This document shows, in pieces, positions 48,295 to 60,336 of a stretch of DNA of 64,000 nt. The translations under genes and the position numbers were made by a program. Within the stretch, counting starts at the first letter, position 1. Each line of letters starts with the position of its first letter. Origin of the DNA: Octopus bimaculoides (lineage: Eukaryota); assembly GCF_001194135.2 (NCBI RefSeq), contig NC_068982.1, positions 4,548,663 through 4,612,662 on the forward strand, read 5' to 3'. The notes under the pieces are model-generated. The model was given only the letters and a program-made list of their open reading frames with translations. It was not told where the DNA came from and searched no databases.

Positions 48295-51200
48295 TCTCTC
48301 TCTCTCTATCTATCTCTCACTCTCTCTCTTTCTCTCTCTTTCTCTCTCTTTCTCTCACACGCACACATACATATATGAGTGTGAGTCGAACTGGAGAGGT
48401 TGCGGGATCAACACCGTCTTGGTGCACGAATCTATCTATCTATCTATCCTTTGGCAGTCAATATAGATTGATTATCCAGTCCTTCTTCTTCATAAAAGAT
48501 TGATATTTCAGTGGTGGGATTGCACATGCACCCTCACTTATTAATGGCCTGTTTCTCAAGGTACGGTGGAAACATAAATTCTGTGGATGCTATCGACAAT
48601 AACTATGTAAAACACAGGAAAATACATAAAAATCGAAGGAAACACCACACACTTGTTTCTTTATACCCAGAGATAAAATAAACTACACGTCTCTGTCTTA
48701 ATAAGTTTGGGAAGATTTTGAAATTACGTCTTTATAAGCTTGATCATATTTATTTCTCTTAGTGGCATGTGGAGAAAGGGTTCAGTGGCATGGCCTTCAC
48801 AAGATATCGGAGACTGGAAGAGTTGACTTTCTATTTACATTAACGTTTTACATAGATTATTGCAATCTGACTATAGGAAAGCTTGTACTGGGTGGGGCTT
48901 GAAGGATTACGTTCCGGGTGAAGAAAGAATTGACTTATTCGTTAGATCAGGAGTGTTGAGCACAACATGTACAATGAGAATGAGAGACGAGTGGAGGTGG
49001 TATGAATGTTCCCAATCAAGAGGGATATAAGTAGTTTTAGTAGTGGTGGGAAAAGGTAGAAGAAAGAAACGATACAATTGCATGGCGTCTCGCTTACTTT
49101 TGCATGCGATGTCTCTATTTGTAGCAAAGCATCGCCCGAAATGTGGAATCAGGACACCAATGTAGGCCTTGTAGAGTATTAGTTGCTATTCGGAGCTGAA
49201 GAATATTTTGGTTCCAAAGCGAAATACCCGCGTCTGATGTGGTGTCTTTACTGTGCTAAGGATACGCATTCACCAAAAGCCATTCTCAGTGATAATCAAA
49301 CGTATCCAATGGAGAGATCACGATCACTAGAGTTGCAGCTACATGCTTTTCTATTAAGTAAAATATATTGTTAGAAAATAGAGGAAATTGGTTGAACGAA
49401 TTCTTCTATTTCTGGTTATCTATTAATCGTGAATGTGTGTGCGTCGATATTGTCTTAGTCATTTTCTACACTATTCGTTTCGACATTTTCCGTGTGGCTC
49501 TAAACTGTGAACTTTTACTATTTCAAACAATACTTCAGGTAATTTAAGAGAGAGATAGAGATGGAGAAAGAAAGATAGAAAGAAAGAAAGAGACAGAAAA
49601 TTAGATGTTAGGCTGGAGAAGCCAAACACAAAAATAAAAAAGTGATGAAACTATTTTAGATATGTTACTTTCAATAAACGATAACTATTTCCTGTATGAA
49701 ATACTGAAGTCAACTAAATTCCCATTCCACTACATTACCATTTCCCGTCTTCAAGAGCTATTGCAACACCATTCTAGTAATTTGTGAAATGGCTCCGTGC
49801 ACATTAAATAAATTGCTTTGATGCAGTTCTTTCATATTGCGGTGGCATATTTTAACACTGTTCAATGAAAATACAGAGGTTAATGGTTAGCTAATTTCAA
49901 GTTTAGATTACATAAGTAAAAATTATTTGACAATAACAAATGCTTCCTTGAATATATCCTATGATAATCTTTCGTAAACCCTTTGACATTTCTCAGAATT
50001 CAGTTATCAATTAGTTGCTAACATTTGGTAGAAGCGGAAAACTAGAATATTACTATTTACCCTATATTTCGTCCACAGAACAAAGACTCTCTGATAGTAA
50101 TGTCATTAAACCAAGGTAAACAGGTGAACTTATCCAAGAAATTGGAACTTCAAATTTCCTTTCTTATAAAAAGATTATACTCTTGTTTTCGAATCCCATT
50201 GCAGCCGATGAAATATATTATTTGTTAAATAATGGGGTAGATTTCATCGAAGTACCCCACCCCAATGCTTATATTGGACATGGCTTTTCATCACCGTCAT
50301 CTCAATGATCTAATTATTTTTGCCATTATTCTCCCGGACCATTTTGTGGCTTTACAGCAAAGTAAAATAGTAAAATATATTAATAATAGATCATTCTTTT
50401 ACTCACAAGCGGTTTATACAGAATATGACCATCCCCTAAGAATATACTTTTCTGACCTTTATAAATACTTTTTCCATGCCATTCCTTACAACTTCCATAA
50501 TGACTGGAACTACTTGCTATTTGCTGTTCTTATCGGGTGATGCGTAAATATGCTTTTCTTGATTTGTGAGATAATTTTCTTTCAAGCCGCTGAGAGTGAC
50601 AAAACTAGCATTACGAGATTGGCAATTGTTTTCGAAGTCTCTCTTTATGGAGTCATTGAATGAAGGTATTTGACGACGTCATACACTTGTAATGCTCTTC
50701 TGTGTAGCTTTACACAGAATATTCTACCATCACTGGACACCTCGTAGTTGTATCTCCTCCACTCTTTATAAGTGACAAGCAGGCTGACCATATCCCTCAA
50801 ATTAAATCCTACCGTCTTAAGAAAGGACGTATTGTTTAATCTTATCTTCAATTTAACCGGGACATCTTTAGTAATAGCTGGAATATCTTTAATCAAAATC
50901 TACTTTAATCAAAATCTACTTTAATCAAAATGAGAGCTGACCTGAGGTCAAACAACACTAATCATCGTGTTCAACTTTAAGAAAAGAAAACAGACAATTT
51001 TGTATAAAAAAATATATTGTGAACATTTTATTCATTTCAATTGAAACAACCCGTGGTTAAACTTCAGTTGTAACATTTGAGACATCAATGCTACTGATTA
51101 GTATAGCAATTACTACGATATAATTAATTTATAAAGTCTAGCTTTATACATTGTTTAGAAAGCATAAACAGGACTTGACGAAGTTAACTACATTTTCTGG

Positions 51201-52214
51201 TTTCCGACAGAAACAATTTAATTTTTTCATATACTACTAATATTTTTCATATATCAGATCCTTTGATATCAATTGTATAAAGATTAGACACCAACACACG
51301 GGAACACAATGAATTGACTTTTAAAGAAAAGGATGTTATACATGTTTATCTTTTCTGTCGATGTTTAAAATTCACGAACGAAGGAATACATCAGAGAATA
51401 TATAAGGTTACTGAGGCTTAAGAACAGTTTTCTACTTGACATTTAAAATGAAAATCATTTCGATACGTTAATATATTTATAATAACACATTCTATTATCG
51501 CTTTAATATTCGTCTGACTATTTTCATTGTGGTGTTGTCTTGTTATCGGAATACAACATGCAATGAAATACAACACACTAGTTATTACATAAGGCTAAAT
51601 CAGAAACGATGCTTACATTCATTTGGAAAAGGTTAACCGAATCTTGCTGATATGATTCTAAATTTCTGAAGGTCCCCCATTGCTTGTTATGAAATATTTG
51701 ATTTCAAAACTTCAAGCTAACTTTCTATTCTTTCGTATCCTAATGCACTATACTTTGCAACACAATGGTTTCTGACAGCCAGAACAAAGTGTATTTGCCA
51801 AGAGAACGATGAAGCGTAGGTTAAAAGCCGATCATTGCGTCAGTACTCCAACAACTTATGATTTTCGCAAGCTGCGAATTTGTGCAAATACTATACACCT
51901 TACATGTTCACATTAATGAATATTATGTTACTGATATATAATAATGGGAGATACAAAGAAAACGTGTTCGATTATATAGACATGATACTAAGTAGCGGAT
52001 AAAATAGCGAGTTAGGAAATAACGGAAAATACTCAGAACGAATACTTATAGATTTCGTTGTTGTCTACTTGTATATTCACTAATTGTGGATTTGAATGGT
52101 TCGATGTTTTCATTTTTTTTTGTGTTTTTTTTTTTGCATATTTATATATTCATTTTTTTGTCTGCTTGATTAGTTTATTTTGTAGGAGTTGCTAAACCTG
52201 CGAATGACTTTTAT

Positions 52215-52612
52215 ATTTTACTTGTTGCAGTCCTCAAAGTGCGGCCATGCTGGGGCACCAACTTGGAGAATTTTTAGTCGAAGGAATCGACCCCATTACT
52301 TATTGTTGAAATCTTGGTGCTTATTTTACCGTCTCTTTTGCCGAACTGGTTAGTTACGGGGACGTAAACACACCAACACCGGTTGTCAAACGGCGGCGGT
52401 GGGGCACAAACATACACACACATAGACACTCACGCGCACGCATACGCATACACACACATACGATGGGCTTCTTTCAGTTTCTCCCAACCATATCCATTCA
52501 CAAAGTTTTGGTCAACTAGAGGCTATAGTCAAAATACTTGCTCAAGGTGTCACGCAGTGGGGATGAACCCGGAACTATGTGGTTGGAAAGCAAGCTTCCT
52601 ACCACACAGCCA
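52215..52612 (-). mobile_element. Diverged SINE family A, full length
   Basis: gcggccatgctgggg...acaccaacaccggttgtcaa...gggcttctttcagtttc...taccacacagccact. Confidence 0.88.
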
Positions 52613-53257
52613 CTAATTGAAAATTTTGAATTCCTTCTCTACTAAATGCGGTCGATTTAATCAGCTAATCGCCGTCCCATAAGCGCCCCAAATTTCGGCC
52701 TTGTATCGATATTAAAAACGGATTTTCATCGTCATAGTCACCACACAATAACCATTCAGAAACGCACAAACATCGCCGGATTTACTTGAACATTTCATTT
52801 GTAATATCGTATATATAGAATCAAGATTTTTGTCACTCGAATCTGCGATCTACTCAGTGACAAAGAAAGGGGCAGCATCACTTTTTTGTCAGTGATTGCG
52901 TAACAGTTTCGAGCGATGAAAATTTTGACACCATATTACAGTAACATAGTTTAAGTGATATTAACGGTCTCTGTGTGTTTCTGAATGGATAACTTAGATC
53001 AAAGCAACTACGATGCAATTACATATAAATATATGCGTATAAGAAGGAATGACCACTAAGTGGACATCCGATATGCTAGAAAAAGATCATCTACGATCTA
53101 ACCACAAAAAAAAAAGAATGTTCTCTAGAAAAACTTCAGCAAACACATATGTAGTAATACAATTTTTCTGAATTTTTAGATTTTTTTATATGCTAGGCCA
53201 CTGGTTTTAAATTGATTTTAATTAAATTAATATTCAGTTTATCACCCTCAGTATAAA

Positions 53258-53322
<65 letters not shown>

Positions 53323-53433
53323 NNNNNNNNNNNNNNNNNNNNNNNNNNNNNNNNNNNNNNNNNNNNNNNNNNNNNNNNNNNNNNNNNNNNNNNNNNNNNN
53401 NNNNNNNNNNNNNNNNNNNNNNNNNNNNNNNNN

Positions 53434-53672
53434 GGCGAACCCTGCTATACTCTTTCACCACAATTTCTCTCATTCTTTCTTCCTGGTTCTGTTGTGGCTG
53501 TAATTCAAAGGGTCAGCCTTGTCACACTGTGTCACGCTGAATCTCTCCCGAGAACTACGTTTAGGGTGCACGTGTCTGTCGAGTGCTCAGCCATTTGCAC
53601 GTTAATTTCAGGAGCAGGTTATTCCGTTGATCAGATCAACTGGAACTCTCGTCGTCGTAACCGACGGAGTGC
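53434..53672 (+). mobile_element. SINE family C, 3' part
   Basis: caaagggtcagccttgtcacactgtgtcacgctgaat...gtcgtcgtaaccgacggagtgcc matches 375-541. Confidence 0.88.
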
Positions 53673-54248
53673 CACAATTATATATGAATGTGTGTATATA
53701 TGTGTGTGCGTGAGTAAAAAAAAAACTTTCAAATATCTTTCCGGTCAAAGAATCCTATACTTCATGTGCAAGCTCGTTTTCATTATTCATCTCATATGAA
53801 CTATTGTAGAAGACAAACATTCTCCAATAAAATACTATGCTTATCTACTCCTTTATTTCGAGGCGTCGTCTTCTCTTTGTGTAAGTTTATATTTTTTGCA
53901 ATAATTCTTTTTACTTCTGAACTAGTTGATGAAGGATATGTTGCCTTTACGTTGGATTATCTTCATTGCTTGTTTATGGTCTCGTAAATTTGGAATTGAT
54001 ATCGTCTGTGTATTTTCAGTTTATTACACATAACTAGTTTGATTAGAGAGTATTTTGTGAGTTCAAATAGGTATGCTTTGTGGTCTTTCAATATGATTTA
54101 TGATTGTCATCGCATTCTATCCTATCTTCTATTTGTAAACTCAATTGCTAATCCGTGTGCTTTCTTGTTGAATTGTATAAAGTCTTTTGAAGGTGTATTT
54201 GTATGCACACACATTCACAACAGCCATACACAGTCATACACACATATA

Positions 54249-54293
<45 letters not shown>

Positions 54294-54302
54294 CACACAC
54301 AC

Positions 54303-54340
<38 letters not shown>

Positions 54341-54889
54341 NNNNNNNNNNNNNNNNNNNNNNNNNNNNNNNNNNNNNNNNNNNNNNNNNNNNNNNNNNNN
54401 NNNNNNNNNNNNNNNNNNNNNNNNNNNNNNNNNNNNNNNNNNNNNNNNNNNNNNNNNNNNNNNNNNNNNNNNNNNNNNNNNNNNNNNNNNNNNNNNNNNN
54501 NNNNNNNNNNNNNNNNNNNNNNNNNNNNNNNNNNNNNNNNNNNNNNNNNNNNNNNNNNNNNNNNNNNNNNNNNNNNNNNNNNNNNNNNNNNNNNNNNNNN
54601 NNNNNNNNNNNNNNNNNNNNNNNNNNNNNNNNNNNNNNNNNNNNNNNNNNNNNNNNNNNNNNNNNNNNNNNNNNNNNNNNNNNNNNNNNNNNNNNNNNNN
54701 NNNNNNNNNNNNNNNNNNNNNNNNNNNNNNNNNNNNNNNNNNNNNNNNNNNNNNNNNNNNNNNNNNNNNNNNNNNNNNNNNNNNNNNNNNNNNNNNNNNN
54801 NNNNNNNNNNNNNNNNNNNNNNNNNNNNNNNNNNNNNNNNNNNNNNNNNNNNNNNNNNNNNNNNNNNNNNNNNNNNNNNNNNNNNNNNN

Positions 54890-54973
<84 letters not shown>

Positions 54974-54975
<2 letters not shown>

Positions 54976-55744
54976 CCGGGGACGTTTAACATGTGAGAGC
55001 GATAAAACACTGCTCCGAAATTTATCCCAAAACATCGGAAATAAAGACATCGCATGGAGCCAAAGAATAGCTGACAAAGGGTTGGACTATATCCGAGAAA
55101 GTAATACTCATTGAAATTTATTTCTATTTTCCAAATGAAATGATGTATTTTAAATGGATATCACTGCTCGCACAGCACATGTAAACACGCTTGATACATT
55201 ATGATCGATCAACACCAGACCGTCTCCGGGCCCAATCACCATGTATAAAACAATTAGAAATAAATCAAATAATGCCGGTATTATTCAACCCAAGAATAAC
55301 AATCGGGAAGTGCGTACTTTCAACTTGTTACACAACAAGTACGAAAACTACACGTGCAAAACAATTTGACAACAGAAATAAACGGACCGGTACCCTACGA
55401 AAATGATGACCGTCAAAATGAAAGGCCGGACGTTGTTCCTCATGTCTCGCAAATAAAACCAAAAAAGCATAAATGGACACGTGAGCAATATATTTCAATC
55501 CTACACGCTTACTTTACAGCAGTGCTCTACTCAAAGAACGAAAACTCAAACAACATATACATATAAAACAAATATAAATAACATACAGAAAATTGCACTA
55601 CTGGGCACTGCACACATCCTACGCAAAATACTTTCAATACAGTAACCATAAGAGCATCACAGCAAACCACAGCACATACCCAAGGCGCACAGAGCTGCGC
55701 TCGGTAGTGAAGTGAAAGCACGTTATAAAAATAAAACTACTGAG
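54974..55744 (+). mobile_element. Non-autonomous, internally deleted R4/Dong element inside (TAA)n
   Basis: 5' part encodes KPKKHKWTREQYISILHAYFTA (N-terminal motif), fused near 55558 to NNIQKIALLGTAHILRKILSIQ* and a 3' UTR; (TAA)n on both sides. Confidence 0.8.
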
Positions 55745-55755
55745 TAATAATAATG

Positions 55756-55811
<56 letters not shown>

Positions 55812-57006
55812 NNNNNNNNNNNNNNNNNNNNNNNNNNNNNNNNNNNNNNNNNNNNNNNNNNNNNNNNNNNNNNNNNNNNNNNNNNNNNNNNNNNNNNNNN
55901 NNNNNNNNNNNNNNNNNNNNNNNNNNNNNNNNNNNNNNNNNNNNNNNNNNNNNNNNNNNNNNNNNNNNNNNNNNNNNNNNNNNNNNNNNNNNNNNNNNNN
56001 NNNNNNNNNNNNNNNNNNNNNNNNNNNNNNNNNNNNNNNNNNNNNNNNNNNNNNNNNNNNNNNNNNNNNNNNNNNNNNNNNNNNNNNNNNNNNNNNNNNN
56101 NNNNNNNNNNNNNNNNNNNNNNNNNNNNNNNNNNNNNNNNNNNNNNNNNNNNNNNNNNNNNNNNNNNNNNNNNNNNNNNNNNNNNNNNNNNNNNNNNNNN
56201 NNNNNNNNNNNNNNNNNNNNNNNNNNNNNNNNNNNNNNNNNNNNNNNNNNNNNNNNNNNNNNNNNNNNNNNNNNNNNNNNNNNNNNNNNNNNNNNNNNNN
56301 NNNNNNNNNNNNNNNNNNNNNNNNNNNNNNNNNNNNNNNNNNNNNNNNNNNNNNNNNNNNNNNNNNNNNNNNNNNNNNNNNNNNNNNNNNNNNNNNNNNN
56401 NNNNNNNNNNNNNNNNNNNNNNNNNNNNNNNNNNNNNNNNNNNNNNNNNNNNNNNNNNNNNNNNNNNNNNNNNNNNNNNNNNNNNNNNNNNNNNNNNNNN
56501 NNNNNNNNNNNNNNNNNNNNNNNNNNNNNNNNNNNNNNNNNNNNNNNNNNNNNNNNNNNNNNNNNNNNNNNNNNNNNNNNNNNNNNNNNNNNNNNNNNNN
56601 NNNNNNNNNNNNNNNNNNNNNNNNNNNNNNNNNNNNNNNNNNNNNNNNNNNNNNNNNNNNNNNNNNNNNNNNNNNNNNNNNNNNNNNNNNNNNNGTGTGT
56701 GTGTGTGTGTGTGTGTGTGAGAATGTGTAATCGTTGTTTATATGGTATTCGCTACTTGAATCGTTGCAACTGATAAACACGGTGATAGCGACCATGATGT
56801 TTTGGTATGAAACCAAACTTACCCATATACATTAAACCCAATTAATTTACTATTTATAATTAATGCCAATTATCTGTTCTGTTTTTCTAAAAACAACAAT
56901 TTCATTAATTAACTTGCTACATTAATATAACTCCTTCCCGGATATACTGTATTTTTTTTACCTTTGACCAACACCGAGAATAGCACATACATTCACATAT
57001 CTTTTG

Positions 57007-57007
<1 letters not shown>

Positions 57008-57083
<76 letters not shown>
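57008..57083. repeat. (CA)n microsatellite
   Basis: Direct reading. Confidence 0.97.
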
Positions 57084-57084
<1 letters not shown>

Positions 57085-57219
57085 CCGCGTCTTATTGTTG
57101 CTTGCAACTAGATTTTTCAAATGCTATCTTAACGATCTGACTAACAAGCTATGTTTAATTTGAATTTATTAATCAGTCTATTTTGTCGTAAATAACATTT
57201 ATATTTGTAGATTCTACAG

Positions 57220-57571
57220 CAGGTGTTCTCAATCATTTTTTTAATCTATGGACCCCCTTCGATTAGTATTTTATTCTGGTGGACCCCCATTGCCATTCGT
57301 TATTTAAAAACTATTCATATAGAAACTTCTTTCAAAGTTCCTATTTTGTTTTTAACACATTAACTTGTGTAGGTTGAACTATGTAAAATGTTAGAGAAAG
57401 AAACCCAGCTGTTTCTTGCAATACATACCAATACATACAACTAAAGAAAAATGTTTTCAGGGGCCCTTAAAATACTATTGCTGACCCCCAACTTACTATC
57501 TGGTTACGAGAACCCCACAAAATCTTATATGGATCCTCAGGTGCTATATGAACCCCGGTTGAGGATCAATG
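57220..57571. mobile_element. hAT-type MITE
   Basis: Imperfect TIRs caggtgttctcaatc / ggttgaggatcaatg (CAGTGGTTCTCAACC type); 8 bp flanks ttctacag / gtcaacag match 6/8. Confidence 0.75.
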
Positions 57572-58224
57572 GTCAACAGTTTTTTAATAGAACTTAAACG
57601 TAACAAAATCCAACTATTGCTATCTATGCCCGTTGCGAATTTCTTATCATTTATTAAACTGATTTCGTTCACTGCGTGAATATATCTCTGAATACTAACC
57701 TCTACTTTTTAAAAAGGAAATAAAATATAAAAAATCTGAGCCTGCTACAGTTTTCCTTTGAAATAGAAGCACAATAAATATATAACCTGTCTTTCACCTA
57801 TTTTTGATCAATATTAAAATAAAAAAAAACACACACACGCAACTACACGCGCACACACACATACATGCTTTATGACGTATTTCTCCATTACACATGGCAC
57901 CTATAAGATTTCACAGTTAATAGCAAATAGTAAAGAGTCCCTCCTTGCAATCCTGCTTTGTTCAACATCATTGTATCACTAATCTTCTCTCGCTACGCAG
58001 ACGATGACTCGCAGTCGCAGCTAATAATGCAAACTCCCTTTGAAATTACTCTGTGCGGCAAATCTATTTTAAGACTAAAGATGACTCTATACAATGAAAT
58101 ATATGCCACTGCTAACTATTGTACGACTTCAGAATGTTTTTGATTTTCGAATTCGTACTGAATCCATTATTAACGTACCTCTACATTAGAAAGTCTAAAT
58201 ATCACAATACATGCTCACACACAC

Positions 58225-58422
58225 GAACATATATGTATGTATGTATGTATGTCATTGTTTAGTTTTATTTCAAGATTTCTGGTCAATCTGGAAAGAGCCG
58301 GTTTCTAACCTAGATTCAAGGCTCCTTCATTGGAATTTCGACATCAACAACGGGGTATTTTTGTATGTATATATGTATGTATGTGTCTCTTCTATTTTTT
58401 AATTATCATAAATCTTCCACTG
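58225..58422 (+). repeat. Unclassified interspersed repeat X with (GTAT)n spacers; inverted copy at 58830-58968; related piece at about 60740-60800
   Basis: gagccggtttctaac...aaggctcc and caacatcaacaacggggtattttt-(gtat)n-gtgtctcttctatttt...aaatcttccactg modules recur. Confidence 0.7.
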
Positions 58423-58815
58423 AGTCGAATGTCTTCTTATAGTCAATCCATACTGTCACAAGGTTTCTGCGTTGTTTTCTGATTTCAGACAGTACAGCTT
58501 CGTTTATTAAAAGTTGTTCGGCATATCCCACACTCCCTTCTTTCCACCAGCCTCTTCCTCAATCACAATGTTACTCGAGTCACAATGGTCCTGGAGGAAT
58601 TGCTTGAGGAAACTTGTGTGTAGTTTGTACATAATGTTTAGGCAAGCAATGGGCCTGTAGTTTCCTGCCATCTCAGTGATTTCATTATTGGCAACAAGAT
58701 TTGTCCTTGCTGTAGCAATCCAATTTGGTATATCAGTCTGACCTTCCATAGTCCTTTCTGTGGAAGACATCATGCATTTGATTAGCAGCTGTTCTAAAAT
58801 GTCTGTGAACTTGTC
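58423..58815 (-). mobile_element. R4-clade LINE RT fragment (second family)
   Basis: IPNWIATARTNLV...NYRPIACLNIMYKLHTS...EEAGGKKGVW...QLLINEAVLSEIRKQRRNLVTVWIDYKKTFDS. Confidence 0.88.
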
Positions 58816-59344
58816 TGTGTTAATTACATCCCAAAGATGGAGCCTTGTATCTTTGTAGGAAACGGGCTCCCACTTCAGTGGAAGATTTATGATAGTTAAA
58901 AAATAGAAGAGACACATACATACATACATACATACATACAAAAATACCCTGTTGTTGATGTTGAAATTGCTAGAAATGCAGAAGGACTAAAAGCAAAACC
59001 TATCAAAAGGGCGGATTACCCTACTGTAGTAGGTTAACGATTAATCTAGCAATAGCGCAGATCCTCTGAAATTCCGGGTTGGTGTGTGGCGTGCTGGAAG
59101 ATCACTGGCAGGTGAGGCGCCACTCAGCCTTTTGTTAAAGCATGTCTCTAGGAGAAAATCACTCTGATGTAAAACGAGATACGCAGAAAAAAAAAAGACA
59201 TGTGAACATTTTGAGGATCTTTTGCTTGGACTTGAAGACATGGTGCACACACACTCTGGAGCCTGCGACCTGTATTGGCACTCTGTATCTTGCTTCGGCT
59301 AGATTGTGGCAGCCTCTGGAACAAGTCTTGTTGGACCTTAATAC

Positions 59345-59540
59345 GCTGGCAGAAATTGTTAGCACGCCCAACGGAATGATTAGCGGCATTTCGCCCGTCA
59401 TTACGTTCAAATTCCGCCGAGGTCGACTTTGCTTTTCATCCTTTCGGGGTCAATGAAGTAAGAACCAGTCAAGCACTGAGGTCGATGTAATCGACTTAAG
59501 AGAGATTTCATGTCTTGTACCTATAACAGAAAGGATTATT
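59345..59540 (+). mobile_element. SINE family B
   Basis: gctggcagaaattgttagcacgcc...gttcaaattccgccgaggtcgactttgc. Confidence 0.88.
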
Positions 59541-59628
59541 TATAGCGTTATGGGAGCTTCAAAATTCTAAAACAGAATTATACGCACACTGCGCGCGCGC
59601 ACACAAAAATATATGTAAATTTAGATAA

Positions 59629-59686
<58 letters not shown>

Positions 59687-60268
59687 GCACGTATATATCA
59701 TATGTAAGTATTATGCTAGTGCGTTGTATGCATATATGTGTTTCCTTTCGATTTGTTTCGGTGGACAGTTGATGAGCAGCCGTGTGTTGAATGAGATATT
59801 GCAGTATTCTGGCATTAAAAGCAGACACACAGGTTGTACTTCACGTTTTAATTGATTAATTAACTGGATAATAAAGTGTTTCGCACAAACACTGACCCAC
59901 AGCTGTCCACTAAGAATATGTATATATTCTAGTATATGAGTACATTTCCGAGTATGTGTCTATTGCTGTGTCGTGTCTGTAGTCTTGTGCAGTAGTAATT
60001 GGCGAAGCCTCTTTCTGTGTACGTTTGCACGTGTCTTTTTATTTTAGTTATGTACAGACAGACAGAAGTACACAGAAAGATACAGGCAAACACACACACA
60101 CACACAGGCACACAGACGGACACAGCCACAAACACAAACACACACATACACACACACACAAACACAAACACATATACTGAAACAAGCAGATGTACACACG
60201 GTGACACAAGCACACAGATTGACACATACACAGAGTCACACGCACACACATAGACACTTAATATATAC

Positions 60269-60336
60269 CCGGGTTTCTCTTTCGAAGCTGTTCTGGTGAT
60301 TTTCCTCCTCTTCCTTCCTCTACGTCTACCCGACAT
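60269..60336 (-). CDS. Possible first coding exon MSGRRRGRKRRKITRTASKEKP(G), unknown basic N-terminus
   Basis: ATG at 60336, non-repetitive 22 codons ending at GG|GTATAT (donor at 60268), CCAAT at 60544-60540 upstream, CA-rich intron-like sequence downstream. No second exon identified. Confidence 0.3.

Noticed and set aside
50220-50900. Two short ORFs suggesting a transposase relic
   Set aside because: No convincing catalytic motif. The 16-mer tandem at 50888-50931 is a simple local duplication.
59040-59340. Second exon of the candidate gene, or an L1/Tx1 zinc-knuckle fragment
   Set aside because: The minus-strand acceptor gives an immediate stop in the phase required by the 60268 donor; the TCSRGCH resemblance to Tx1 is too weak.
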